The notes under the pieces are model-generated. The model did no database searches and had not been told where the DNA came from. It worked only from the letters and a program-made list of their open reading frames with translations. Shown piece after piece: positions 1-12,510 of a stretch of DNA of 64,000 nt. Where the stretch lies: positions 1 through 64,000 of the forward strand of contig JAWMAR010000401.1 of NCBI GenBank assembly GCA_036785375.1. The letters are read 5' to 3'. The stretch is from Leucoraja ocellata (taxonomy: Eukaryota). A program made the position numbers and the translations under genes. Each line of letters starts with the position of its first letter. Position 1 is the first letter of the stretch.

Positions 1-469
1 TCTATCTTTCCCTCTCATCCCCATACTCCTGCGATCTCCCCATAACCCTTGACATCAATCCTTCTGCTACCTTAGCAAAATTAATTACATTTCCAGTCCA
101 TAAGGAAATGCTTCACAGGAAAGGCAGTGAATGCCAGCTGTTTAATTAAGTCTTTTAATTCGTTTCCTAGTTCTGGGGAAAAGCAACTTCTGCTCTTGTA
201 TTTCCCTATGAGATGGGGTAGTCTGTTTTATTTCAAAATAGACTTTATTCAAGAAATAAATATATACAATAGATGATCCGTGCAAGAAACTCCATTCGAC
301 ATTCTCGGAAGCTATAGATACATTCAATACAGTTTCCCCAAACCACAGTATTACCCCACACCCTTGCCATTCATGTGGCCCACTAGCGTGAAATCACTTC
401 CTTTATTTTTGAGGGGCGTCTCCAACACACCCTGCCCCCCCGTGTCCAGCAGCGGAGGGTAGTCATTTT

Positions 470-720
470 GCCATTCCCTATATACCAGACCATCACACAA
501 ACCAACCTCTCCATTTATACCTCATGCTGCCTCGGCAAGGTCAGCAGCAAAATCAAGGACGAGTCACACCCTGGCCACTCCCGCTTCTCCCCTCTCCTAT
601 CAGGCGAAAGGTATAGAAGTGTCAAAACGCATACCACCAGAATCAGGTCAAGTTTCTTCCCAGCTGTAATCAGGCAACTGAATCATCCTACCACAACCAG
701 AGAGCAGTGCTGAACTCACT
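470..720 (+). mobile_element. Rex1/L2-type LINE 3' fragment
   Basis: HPGHSRFSPLLSGERYRSVKTHTTRIRSSFFPAVIRQLN, typical ORF2 C-terminus. Confidence 0.7.
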
Positions 721-961
721 ATAATAATAACGTTATCTCAATAGCACTTTCTCATACAATTGAATGCACCCGAAGTGCTTTTCACAAAAACACAGGTCTA
801 AACAAAAATACAAATTAAAACCATAAGGACATAGACAGTTAATAACATAAAAAACACATATTTATATAAAAATATTAAAAAAAAAAAAAAAAATTGAGAG
901 TGTAAAAGGACAAAAACCAAAAACACTGAGGTCAAATACAGTCCCATATACTATATGAGCA

Positions 962-1180
962 CACAATAGACAATAGACAATAGGTGCAGGAGTAGGCCAT
1001 TCGGCCCTTTGAGCCAGCACCGCCATTCAATGTGATCATGGGTGATCATCTGCAATCAGTACCCCGTTCCTGCCTTCTCCCCATATCCCCTGACTGCTAT
1101 TTTTAAGAGCCCTATCTAGCTCTCTCTTGAAAGCATCCAGAGAACCTGCCTCCACCGCCCTCTGAGGCAGAGAATTCCAC
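962..1180 (-). mobile_element. CR1 LINE 3' end
   Basis: (acaatag)n tail plus the 3'UTR shared with other CR1 copies in the window. Confidence 0.8.
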
Positions 1181-1499
1181 TGACTGCTGAAGGGTATGCT
1201 GAGGTAAATGCAAGAGAATAAAGATAATTTTTACAGTGTCATCAAAAGAAGTTGTCAGTTAAAGGCTTGACTATCCTTAATTGGATTTTGCTGGCTTTAC
1301 CTTGCACTAAACATTATTCTCTTATCATGTATCCATACGCTGTATAGATTGGCTCAAATGTAATCTCGATTTGTCTTTCTGCTGACTGGTTAGCACGCAA
1401 CAAAAGCTTTTCACTGTACTTTGGTATACGTGATAATAAACTAAACTAAACCTTTCCTTTTACCCTGTAACTTAAGCTCTGCTGCATGCCCATCAACTC

Positions 1500-1680
1500 C
1501 TGAATTTTCCTTACGTTAGCTACACTAGGGGCAGTTTACAGTAGTCAATTAACCTCCCATCCAGTAGAACTTTCCCATGTGGGAGGAAACCAGAGGACTT
1601 GGGTGAAATCCATATGGTCATAAGAACAAGGTGCAAACAAAAAATCATGGTCAAACTTGGGTTGGTGCAACTATTTTGCT
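1500..1680 (-). mobile_element. Degenerate tRNA-derived SINE
   Basis: tgtgggaggaaaccagagg core shared with the other SINE copies. Confidence 0.55.
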
Positions 1681-2366
1681 TTAATTTTATGAAGAATAAA
1701 ACTATAATGTAATTTGCTTTGTGCACAATTTGCATTCCATTATGACTTTGTTTTCTAAATGAATTGGATTTGTAGAGAACTTATTAATATGTTCAAAATT
1801 GTAGTATATAGCTGGAGGTTATTAGTAATATGCATGTAAAGATGGTATGTATATTTTGCTGTTATGTGACAATTAAATATACCGTTCATTTCATTCAAAT
1901 CACATACAAATAATACAATCTCAATTATTAAATATGTATTAGGTTAACAACTGACAAACTTGTAACCTAATCCCTGCAATAAATTTCCAATCTGGGAGAA
2001 ATTCTAGCAACATCACGTCAATGCAAGCTTCAATACTGCTAAACAGATGTTCCTTCTGTTTTCTAAAACTATTTCACATTTGTTCATTCATTCTGTATAA
2101 ATGTTTATTTCATTTTTTTAAACATTTATATCTCTTGGATTAAGATTGAAGGGCATAACATCACAACAAGGATTTGTTTCTGACAATGCAGTTTATTTTA
2201 CATAATCAGATTATGTGGGTTTTCAAAAATAAAGTTGTGATGATCATGATTTTTTTTTTTGGAAATGTGTAACAACATTTAAGATATTTGTTGTTAAACA
2301 GCACCTTTCTATTGAAATATTTATCATCTATGTACAGAATATAGAAGAGAGGCAATTAACAAACTT

Positions 2367-2945
2367 TAGGATTAGATTAGATTAGATTAGATCCTTTATT
2401 TGTCATTCAGACCTTTCGGTCTGAACGAAATGTCGTTGCCTGCAGCCATACATATAATAATAAACAATAAAACACACAATAAACACAAATTAACATCCAC
2501 CACAGTGAGTTCACCAGGCACCTCCTCACTGTGATGGAGGCAAAATCTTAAAGTTACTGTCTCTTCCCTCCTCATTCTCCCTCTGCGCTGAGGCGATACC
2601 TCACCGGGTGATGGTAGTCAGTCCCGCGGCTCGGGCCGGTTCAAGCACCGCGGCCCGGGGTGGTTGAAGCTGCCGCCCTCCAGTCCAGTGGATGCAGCTG
2701 TTGCCACGGGAGCTCCGGAAAACAGGCACCAGCCTGTGACCTGCGAGCTCCCGACGATATCGTCCACTGGCCCGCAGCCGAGCCCCGGATTCAGGTCGCC
2801 GCCGGAACGCCGCCTCAGCCACTGGAGCACCGTCTCAGCCCCGCGCCGGGCCGCCCTCACCGGAGCGCCGTCTCTGCCCCACGCCGGGCTGCCCTCACCG
2901 GAGCGCCGTCTCAGCCTTAACAGCCTTAACAAGCCTTGACAAGCT
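2367..2945 (-). mobile_element. GC-rich non-autonomous retroposon with (ctaat)n tail
   Basis: (ttaga)n microsatellite tail plus tttatt, CpG-rich body with a ~39 bp unit repeated about three times (2810-2916). Confidence 0.6.
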
Positions 2946-4202
2946 CTTACCCATAACAAAAATGTGTTGTCCTAATTAAATGCATCTTTATTCTGGCAGT
3001 TGGAGGAGATGCATATTTGATGCTTAACACATGGTATTCCTTAAGGCAAAGAATGATTTAACAAGTGTAATTAAAAGGACTAAAATATCACAACTTGAGG
3101 TGAAGTAATACAATTTACTTCAGCCCTGAATTCCATTCACTCAATTATTTGCATTCAGTTGTTGGAGTTACAGTTTTTCCTTGTATGTGCTGATGCACAT
3201 TCTCATTCTATATTTCCAAATCAATAATGCTACTCATTGTTTATCGTTGCACTCCAGCTAATATTTATTGTTGCACTCCAGTTTACAGTTTGGGAGGAAA
3301 ATCACTGTCTGCTTTCATGACCTTGCCTTCAATATACAACTTCTAACTGAACTCAGTACAGACTGTGGACCTGTACAAAAAAAAGGCATTGCTCTGCGAG
3401 GACACAATAGCATGAAATCTCAACTTTGGACCAACATTGAAACACTAATCTTTTACTTGCCATACAATTTTGCTATCTTCATGCAATACTAACCAAGTTC
3501 CTTTGAGAATGCCCCAGAACAATTTGCATTACAATTGTAGTCCTCATCACTACATTGAGATACTCTGTCACTCACAATGACATTTGCTGTAGAGGACATA
3601 CACAGTAACTACTTAATCATTGAAATGAGTGGCTTAATTTGCTGATTTGGTCAGAGTGCAGGGATAAATCCCCATATAGTGCCAATAAAAGCAATCCATC
3701 CTCGCATATCTGTAGATAATTGATCGTAAAACATTTGATCTGCTCTTGGTAGAAACTGCTATCAAATATCTATTTGTAATTCTGTACCATGACCTACAAG
3801 ATCAAAATGAATAAATAATTCACAGATAAAATTGCCACAATGCCATTGGGTGGATAATAGTCAGTCAGTAAAGTTTTGAATTTGTAACAAGAACAAAGTG
3901 CAAACATATTAACCAGTGGAAAACTGAGATCTGGAAGTAAACAGCCAATTTTAAGATATTTAAGGTTGCCACAAACTCATAAGTATGTCGTTAAATCTGC
4001 CATTAAACACCATAATTGAACATATTTTTTGATTGTACTTTAGGTTTTATTGTTATTGTTTTCTATGTTACTTGAGAGGGGAAAGCTGATGTGGTTAGAT
4101 CTGAATTGTTTTATCACAAAAATCAGGTTTAGTAGTATCTTAATCCATCATACACTATCAAGACAACATCAAGCTTAAGTTAACATTATTCTTGTAAACT
4201 AT

Positions 4203-4406
4203 GCCTTGTACCATTGTTGAACATTCTCAGCAGCCATTCTCTCATCACCAGACCATATATCAGCACTCACAGACTAAACATAACATAAAATATTGGGCAG
4301 AGGAGCTTCATTTTTTCACTTTATACAATTTAAAATCCAGTTCATAAATTAAGTTTGGTGTTCATATTTGGAGATCAAACAGTATTGCTGATTTGGTCCG
4401 TGTCTG
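4203..4406 (+). repeat. 204 bp direct repeat, copy 1
   Basis: Matches 6768-6971 with only 2 mismatches seen, near the 3' end. Confidence 0.9.
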
Positions 4407-5314
4407 CTACCTGGTTCCATAGTGCCTCATAATATTACACGTGAGGCATGTTATGCAAAGTTATGCTTTCTTGCCTTTTCCTCCTTAACTTGATAACCTC
4501 ATCTAGGACTACATCTGTGCCTGAACTTTGGTTATCTTTGGTCTGTTGTGCAGTCCCTCACCTCATCCCATGTTATTTAACTGTGCCTTGAGCCCCATTA
4601 GCTGTCACAAAACCTTTTGTCTCACTAACACTTATGGTTGCCAATATTGTATTGCAAGAATAACAAAGACTTGTAGATGGGTCTGCTGTATCTCTTTTTT
4701 ATGGGACATATTTTCCAAAGGCCACTATGTTACTTTTGTAATTGTCGGTACTTGAGGCCTTTTCCAATTGATACCTGATTTGATAACTGATGGTGCCTAC
4801 CTATAGCGTTTCACCAATGCCTGCACTCTGGGGATCTCCGCTACTTTCAACTCTTCATTGGACCTCAAAGGGACAGCGGTATCTCCTGCACCTTTGCAGG
4901 GCTACTAATGGCAATTCATGCAGCACCAATCATAAGGTTGCAACACGCTGCTGAATGAAGGGCAGCACACGCATGCCTTGTGAAACAAGCAGGCAAAGTT
5001 CCAATATTATCTCAACTGTCCTTCCAAACTCCAGCACCTCCTCATTGTTCTGGTTTTCCCCAAAGCCCCACTGATTTCCACAATGCTCTGTAATTTCAGT
5101 CTCCAGGTACCACTTGTATAACTGAAACTGTCCCATCGGAGAAAAATTATTAATTTTGCAGAATTCTTCTACTAAGCAAATGTTGTGCAGCATATTATGA
5201 ATGCAACAGTGTCTCAGTAAAAGCTCACTGCATGTGTTGTTAGCCATGTAATATATTTCCATGGGTACAAACAGATTTAAAGAGATTCCATTCATAGGAT
5301 GGTGAGCCCCTCAT

Positions 5315-6020
5315 TTCAAAGGTTTCAATGGTCTTTTATTGTCATGTGTACCAATTAAGGTTGAGCGATATGCGAATTACCATACAGCCATACTAAAAAA
5401 ATGCAACAAGACACACAACTACATAAAAGTTAACATAAACATCCACCATAGCGGATTCCCCACATTCCTCACTGTGATGGAAGGAAAAAAAGTCCAATCT
5501 TCTTGCTCTTCTCCCGCGGTCGGGGCAGTCGAACCATTCGTCGGGGGTGAACAAAGCTCCCATGTTGCGGGCGGTCGAAGGTTGGAGCTCCCACAGTCGG
5601 TCTCTAACTAGAGACCGCAAGCTCCGCAATGTTAAAGTCCGCAGGCTCCCGCAGTTGGAGCTCAAAGGTCGATCCCTGGCGAAGGGATTGCGAGCTTCGC
5701 GATGTTACGTCCGCAGGCTCCCGCAGTTGGAGCTCCCGAAGTCGGTTCCAGCAAGAGGATGCCAACTCCTTGATGTTAGGCCGCAGTGCGGATGGAGATG
5801 CGATACGGGAAAAAAAAAACGCATCTCCGTCGAGGTAAGAGTTTTTTTAAAGTTTCCCCCAACTCCCCCCCCCCCCCCCCACCCCCCCCCCCCCCCAACC
5901 CCCACATAAAACAAGCTAAAGAACACTAAAAACATACATTTAACACATACTATTAAAACAACAAAGAAGGAAGGGACAGATAAACTGTTAGCGAGGCAGC
6001 CATTGCTTGCACCACCTGGT
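5315..6020 (-). mobile_element. GC-rich non-autonomous retroposon related to 2367-2945
   Basis: LINE-like tail ttttattgtcatg, shared hairpin region, internal repeat gtccgcaggctcccgcagttggagctc x2, poly-C tract. Confidence 0.55.
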
Positions 6021-6767
6021 GAAATTTTCACAAAACATTGGTTATTTTGATCTTCTCAAAGTGGCTCTTGTAACAGAATGTGGTGCAATGTTACCATGAA
6101 ATAAACAGTATTTGTACAAAGAGTGAGGGATGTTGCTCCTGTTGGTGTTTAACTGTACATTCCCTTTATAATTGTGCATGTGAATGAGGCTAACCTCTGA
6201 TTTGTTTGAATTTGGTTTGTTCAGACAGATGGCCCAACCAGGCTGCTAACACAGTGTGCTTGATCTTGGCAAGGTTTCCTCTTGCATCCCTATTATCAGG
6301 TTGGTGCTGTACATGAAGTTTTGTATCTGTGCACTAATTGATGGATCGTTTGTGCACATTTGAAAACTCTGGGATGCCAATACATTATCTTGGAGTATAC
6401 ATTTATATTGCAAGCACCAGTTGGAGTGTTTTTCTACATTCAACATTTAAACTATGACTTTCTGCAAATTGTCTAGAGCATACAGAGTAGTGCTGCTTCA
6501 TTGTCATGTCAAGGTTTTTCAACTGACATGGGTTATATTTTGCTGACTGGTCAAATATATGGCAACAGTGACTAGAACATGTCCAATTGAAAACAAACTT
6601 ATTCGGAATACTGTTGCTTAGGCAAAATAGATGAGAGGTGATTCAGAATCAATGCAGTAAATGTTTATAGAAGTATGAAAACCAGGGAAATGGGTGAAAG
6701 TTCTTTCAATCTGAAGTGACATCTGGCCTCAGTGCACGTTTTACTCTGATACTAGGCCAACAAATAG

Positions 6768-6971
6768 GCCTTGTACCATTGTTGAACATTCTCAGCAGCC
6801 ATTCTCTCATCACCAGACCATATATCAGCACTCACAGACTAAACATAACATAAAATATTGGGCAGAGGAGCTTCATTTTTTCACTTTATACAATTTAAAA
6901 TCCAGTTCATAAATTAAGTTTGGTGTTCATATTTGGAGATCAAACAGTATTGCTGATTTAATCCGTGTCTG
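6768..6971 (+). repeat. 204 bp direct repeat, copy 2
   Basis: Matches 4203-4406. Confidence 0.9.
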
Positions 6972-6979
6972 GTTTGCTG

Positions 6980-8105
6980 CTGATGACCTGATCCATAATC
7001 CTTGTCAGCTTTTCCACACCACCGCCACCTGTGGCATGCGGTCAGCCATGTTGTTGCTTAGTTTTAACTTGCGATTTGGAGCCTACATTACTCATCTCAA
7101 TGGTCTCTGTATGTATACAAATTAAAGTACTTGTTATGATATATAATGACTCTGTATCATAAGAGGTGGGATTTTGAATTGACTTTGGCTGTTATTTACA
7201 AGGCTTTTCACACTCAGACATGGCTGAAGGTTTCAGAAAACCGGACCCACTTGTTTTCGATTGCAGAATCGGACAGCGGTGGCGTACCTTTGAGCGACAG
7301 TATGATTTGTTCATAGCTGCAACTTCTCATGACAAGCCTGCAGTGTTCCGTGCAAGTATGCTCCATCTACCCGCAGGAGATGAAGCACAACAGTTTGTGT
7401 ATGCTGGGGCAATAACTCATCAACCTGTCGATGGTGGAGCGCTGATCGTGACCCTGGCTGAGTCGCCGGACGACCCGGAGTGTCTCAGGAGAAAGCTTCG
7501 ACACTTGTGTGGCCCTCAAGCTAATCCGCTCACCGAATGTGTGAAACTTTTCTCAAGATACCAGAATGAGAACTAAACTACTCAATCTTTTGTTTGTGCT
7601 ATCAAGAAGGCTGCAGGAACTTGCAGATTTGGCAATCTTTTTAATGACAATCTGAGAAGGAAGTTTGTCCACGATCCTGCAATAACTCTGGATAGAGTTA
7701 TCGCAGACTGGTTTTGTTTCAGATACTTTGTAAGTCTTTTCGCCACCACACTGAAAAAGATCTTGCCTTCTATGTTAAGAAGGTTTATTTGCTGAAACTG
7801 TTCGATGATGGAATAATTTTTTTCTTTTGGGATCAGCACTCTCCCCGCTCTTCGCCAGGCTTTGGGGATGACTTGCTTTTCCCACGCAACCCTTATGTTC
7901 TTCCAGAGGAATATGTCGTCGGTTTCGTCTGTATAGACCTCCGCCAGATTGAATGAAATAAGACATTGGTTCTGGACACAACTCCTTGACCGTGCCTATA
8001 CGGTCATACCCCTTCTGGGTTTAGAGACAGACCACCTGGCCCTCCGACAATGGTTGGAGAAACTATCAGCCGTGAAAATATGCCCCACACACATCACCTG
8101 GTTAA
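6980..8105 (+). mobile_element. Gypsy LTR retrotransposon remnant (gag start plus pol scraps)
   Basis: ORF 7220-7576 MAEGFRKPDPLVFDCRIGQRWRTFERQYDLFIAA resembles Gypsy gag N-termini; degenerate PBS-like gaggtgggatt near 7165; CIDLR and LETDHLAL.WL fragments at 7925-8105 resemble RT and RNase H motifs. Confidence 0.6.
7706..7910 (-). mobile_element. HERO/R2-superfamily non-LTR RT fragment
   Basis: Minus strand reads FLWKNIRVAWEKQVIPKAWRRAGRVLIPKEKNYSIIEQFQQINLLNIEGKIFFSVVAKRLTKYLKQN. Confidence 0.65.
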
Positions 8106-8774
8106 CACGGATCAATATTTTTGGGGATAATGCAAATATTATTATTCGAAAGTACATTTACCAGCCTTAGAAAATAGTTCCATGGATTATATCTTTATTC
8201 AGAAGCTAAAATCACTGCAATTATTGAAATAGTTTCAAATGAATGGATGACTAAAGAAAATCCAAATAAATGAGAATTCAGTGGTGGTCGGGTTTAACAC
8301 AAGCAGACAAGCCTAACATTTTAATAGTGCATGACAGAGAAATAGAGATTCTCATTTTCACGTGGGAAATGGTAATCATAAGATCAATATCTACTCATCC
8401 TAAAGCTAAATACAATGATTTAAAACGATAATGAATGAATCTTGATCAAATGGGCATTTATTCTAACACTAGTGCCATTTTTTATATATGCTAGATAACA
8501 TTTTCTTTATCTGACCTGTGCAGCTTTCACTTCTCATATTTTTTAGTTTCGAAGGCTTAATATTGATTGTTTGATGAAAATATTTGAAAATCAATGTACC
8601 AACTTTCTTAGATCTGTTGAGAGGTTTAATATTGCACCTTTTCAATTCATTTGTAATCACATCACTTTTTTTAATTCACACCTAGCTATTTCACATTCAT
8701 TTGTTCTATCACCAGTGCATGGTGGCTACAGGATGTGCTATCTACTCTGACATTGTCCAAACTCACAACCTTTA

Positions 8775-10322
8775 CCACGTGTGAACACGAGGAAAGCTGT
8801 AGGCCCAGATGGTATATCTGGGCGAGTACTTAAATCTTGTGCTACTCTGCTAGCTCCAGTGCTCATCACAATATTCAACCTCTCCCTAGCCAACTCCGTG
8901 GTCCCTACCTGCTTCAAAAGATCCATCATTGTACCTGTACCAAAGAATGCCTCTCCAGCTTGTTTGAATGACTACCGACCAGTGGCCCTCACCTCGGTAG
9001 TCATGAATTGCTTTGAGAAGCTGGTCAAGAACCACATCTGCGCCTTCCTCCCTCACAACATGGACCTGCTACAGTTTGCATACCGTCCGAACAGATCCAC
9101 AGATATGATGCGGTCTCCCAGGTTCTGCACACCGCTCTCTCTCATCTTGACAGCCAGAAGGTGGGCTATGTGAGGATGCTGTTCATAGACTTCATTTCAG
9201 CCTTCAATACGATAGTCCCCACCAGATTTGCTGAGAAGCTGCTGGAACTGGGGCTTAACACTCCCCTGTGTGCCTGGGTCCTGGACTTTCTCACCACCAG
9301 GCCTCAGGTAGTTAAGATGGGAGGAAATACATTGAACACCCTCACCCTGAACACAGGATCCCCCCAGGGTTGCGACCTCAGCCCCCACTGTACTCCCTGT
9401 ACACACATGACTGTGTGGCCAGGTTCAGCTCCAACTCTATAATCAAGTTTGCTGATGACACTGTGGTGGTGGGCCTGATCTCAGACAATGATGAGAAGGC
9501 CTACCAGGAGGAGGTGGCTGATCTGGCACTCTGGTGTCAGGACAACAGCCTCCTCTTGAATGTCATAAAAAATAAGGAGCTGATTGTGGACCTTAGGAGG
9601 GCACAACATCCGAGGACGTACACACCACTGGAGATAAATGGGGCTACTGTGGACAGGGTGATCTGCTTTAAATACCTGGGAGTCCACATCACAGAGGATC
9701 TGACATGGACATCACACGCTGCAGCACTCGTGAGTAAGGCAAGGCAGTGCCATTACCACCTCAGGCAGCTGAGGAAATTCAGAGTCTCTCTGAGGATCCT
9801 TCACTGCTTCTACTCAGGTGTTGTAGAAAGCATCTTGTCCGGCAACATCACAATCTGGTTTGGGAACTGCTCTGCCCAGAACAAGAAGGCTCTGCAGAGA
9901 GTAGTGCGTTCGGCCGAATGTACTATGGGAACTTCACTCGCCCCCCTGCAGGAACTATACATCAGAAGATGCAGATCCAGTGCTAGCAACATTATGGGGG
10001 ACCCCTACCACCCCAGCAATGGACTGTTCCAGCTGCTACGGTCAGGCAAACGCTTCCACTGTCATGCTGTGAAAACAGAGAGAATGAGATGGAATTTCTT
10101 CCCACGGGCCATTAGGACTGTAAACTCTTATCTCACCAGGGAATAATTTACTGTACCAATTTACTGTTATGTTGTGTCTTCTTAAAATTACTGGGGGGTT
10201 TTTCTAACATGTAAATACTTATTCTGTTCTGTAGTTTTTTGCACAATCCGCAGGCATTGCCACTTTCATTTCACTGCACATCTTGTATATGTATGTGACA
10301 AATAAACTTGACTTGACTTGAC
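8775..10322 (+). mobile_element. Rex1/Babar LINE, 5'-truncated, frameshifted ORF2
   Basis: KAVGPDGISGRVLKSCA, LNDYRPVALTSVVM, KFADD in three ORFs; aataaa(cttga)n tail. Confidence 0.9.
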
Positions 10323-10997
10323 CAAGCCAGACTGGAGTAGCCGATACCTGGAGACACAATTACCTGGAAACATTTCACTGTTATTTCATTTTCATGGGTC
10401 TAAATCTTAGAATTTCCTCCCCATGAAAATCCTGGAATTCACAACCAACTTCAATGGTTGCAATGATTCAAGACTGTTGCACATCACTACCTTCTGAAGT
10501 GCATTTGGGGATGGACAATAAATTGTGGCCTACCCAGCAAAGCCCACATTCTCAAAAGTGGATCATCTTCAAGAAGTTAATTGTGATCTGAAGGATAAAT
10601 ATTTTGTTTCATTTAATTATCATTTAAGATCTGTAACTGTGTTTCAGCTCAATGGACCTCATGCACCTCGATGTACCTCAGCAATTTTCATGTCCAATGA
10701 CCATTCATCAGAATTTGAAGCAGTCAGCACTGAAATGCTTCACATCAAAATCAAGAAAATCATGTTTTGTATATCTCTGACAAGTATTCTTGTTCTCTTC
10801 TTCCTATTCATGCTGCTCCTTGGCATATCTGAATTCACTGTCTCAGCCTTAATCTTTATGCTGACAACCCCCAATTCTATCCCTACCTCAATATATGCCA
10901 ACATGAGCCCTGGTGTTGTAATTTGAAACTAATTTCACAAGTCATATTGGTTGAGAGATAAACATTGGCCTGGATTCCAGAAAACCGTTTTATAATT

Positions 10998-11127
10998 AGA
11001 CTTGACTTTACTTGACTTGACTTGACAATCAATGCCAATTTCTACATCCTATAAACGAATCATTCACCATTCATTTCACTGCACATCTCGTATGTGTATG
11101 TGATGAATAAACTTGACTGGACTTGAT
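10998..11127 (+). mobile_element. Rex1 3' tail fragments
   Basis: (acttg)n and tttcactgcacatctcgtatgtgtatgtga...aataaacttgac match the tail at 10260-10322. Confidence 0.7.
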
Positions 11128-12234
11128 GAAATCTTGCACGTTCAACTGAGAGATAAAGACCATTTCTATGTAATACTAACTCTCTGAATGAATGAAATGT
11201 GAAACCCAATCTAATGATTTTGCTGAAAAAACAGCCAGCTCTGCATGCTGATAACCAGTAAATATGTTTAAACTGCTGACTCGATTAACCAGGAAATCTA
11301 AAAGTGCATTCAAGTGGATTTAATGTTACCGGTCAGAATTGCATCTGTCTTCCAGGGGTTTGCAAACAATATAATATATTTTACAATCCCTGTATTCTAA
11401 ACTTGAACCATGTGCATGGACTAATTGGATTTGTAGTCTGTTTTCAGCAGGCTTGAGTCTTGCCTTAGCATATGGTTAAAGGTAAATATGATTCATAGAA
11501 CAGCATTGCTTTAGGAGAAAGATTTTGGAAGAAAATGAATCCACAGGACTAAATATAATAAAACATTGGGAATATATGAGAAATCCTTTGGTTAAATAAT
11601 AAAGGTTAATGTGTCTTCAAAGGTAAGCAGAGGCTAACATTTAAACACTTAATCTTACCTGCATGAGTGTGCACATCAATGTCAAATAGAAAGTTCCTTT
11701 GGAGAGTTTGTTATGCTCATTTTTTAATCTCTGTGGTGATACTGCTTGTCTAAAACTCCATTTGATGTGCCCATTGATTCTGGCTGATTAGCATGTGTCC
11801 ACATGTTTTTTAAAGCTGCTGGTCCATCAAACCATCCCGATTTCCCTCTCCTCCACCCCCACCCCCCAATTTTTTTATTTTCTCTCCAAGGTCCTACCCC
11901 CCACCCACCTGCTACTTTTAGTCTGAAGAAGGGTCCCAACCTGAAAGCCACCCATTCCTTTTCAACAGAGATGCTGCCTGATCCACTGAGTTACTCCAGC
12001 ACTGTGCTTATCCTTGAATGTCCTGACACATTTCAAATTCATGCCCATCTTTTCAAGAACTCCGAACATAAATGACCAATCTTTTGGCCATGCCACAGAA
12101 TTGAAACAATCCTTGCCAAATTAAAAAATGTTACCCAATGGGACCATGTATAATAAACTATCCATTTTGGTCCAACGTCATCTTTCTTCAAACTATAGCA
12201 TGGTTGAACAGACTGGACCCATCAAATGATGTCT

Positions 12235-12510
12235 TCGTGTGTAGGAAGGAACTGCAGATGCTGTTTAAACCAAAGATAGACACAAAATGCTGGAGCAACT
12301 CAGCGGGACAGACAGCATCTCTGGAGAGAAGGAATGGGTGACGTTTTGTGTCTAGACCCTTCTTCAGACTTTGAAGAAGAATCTCGACCCGAAACGTCAG
12401 CCATTACGTTCTGTCTGAAGAAGGGACTCGACCCGAAACGTCAGCTATTACTTCTCTCCAGGGATGCTGCCTATCCCGCTGAGTTACTCCAGCATTTTGT
12501 GTCTAGCTTC
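12235..12510. mobile_element. Palindromic Penelope-pLTR-derived unit with three hammerhead-like motifs
   Basis: Inverted arms (gacacaaaatgctggag...gcatc / gatgctgc...ctccagcattttgtgtc) around CTGAAGA...GAAACGTC motifs. Confidence 0.7.
12415..12442 (+). ncRNA. Minimal type I hammerhead ribozyme motif
   Basis: CTGAAGA-a-GGGactcgaCCC-GAAAC-GTC. Confidence 0.55.

Noticed and set aside
2601-2959. GC-rich overlapping ORFs as a gene or CpG-island promoter
   Set aside because: They lie within a tailed retroposon with internal tandem repeats; no recognisable protein
4410-6760. Faint Gypsy pol-like peptides (e.g. VLDLGK near 6255)
   Set aside because: Too degenerate to assign strand or domain by eye; needs a translated HMM search
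4203-6971. Direct repeats as the LTR pair of a 2.8 kb retrotransposon
   Set aside because: No TG...CA termini, PBS/PPT or TSD, and near-identical repeats do not fit a heavily decayed interior
10525-10926. 133 aa ORF with a hydrophobic stretch
   Set aside because: Non-ATG start, no recognisable homology or splice context; likely a chance ORF
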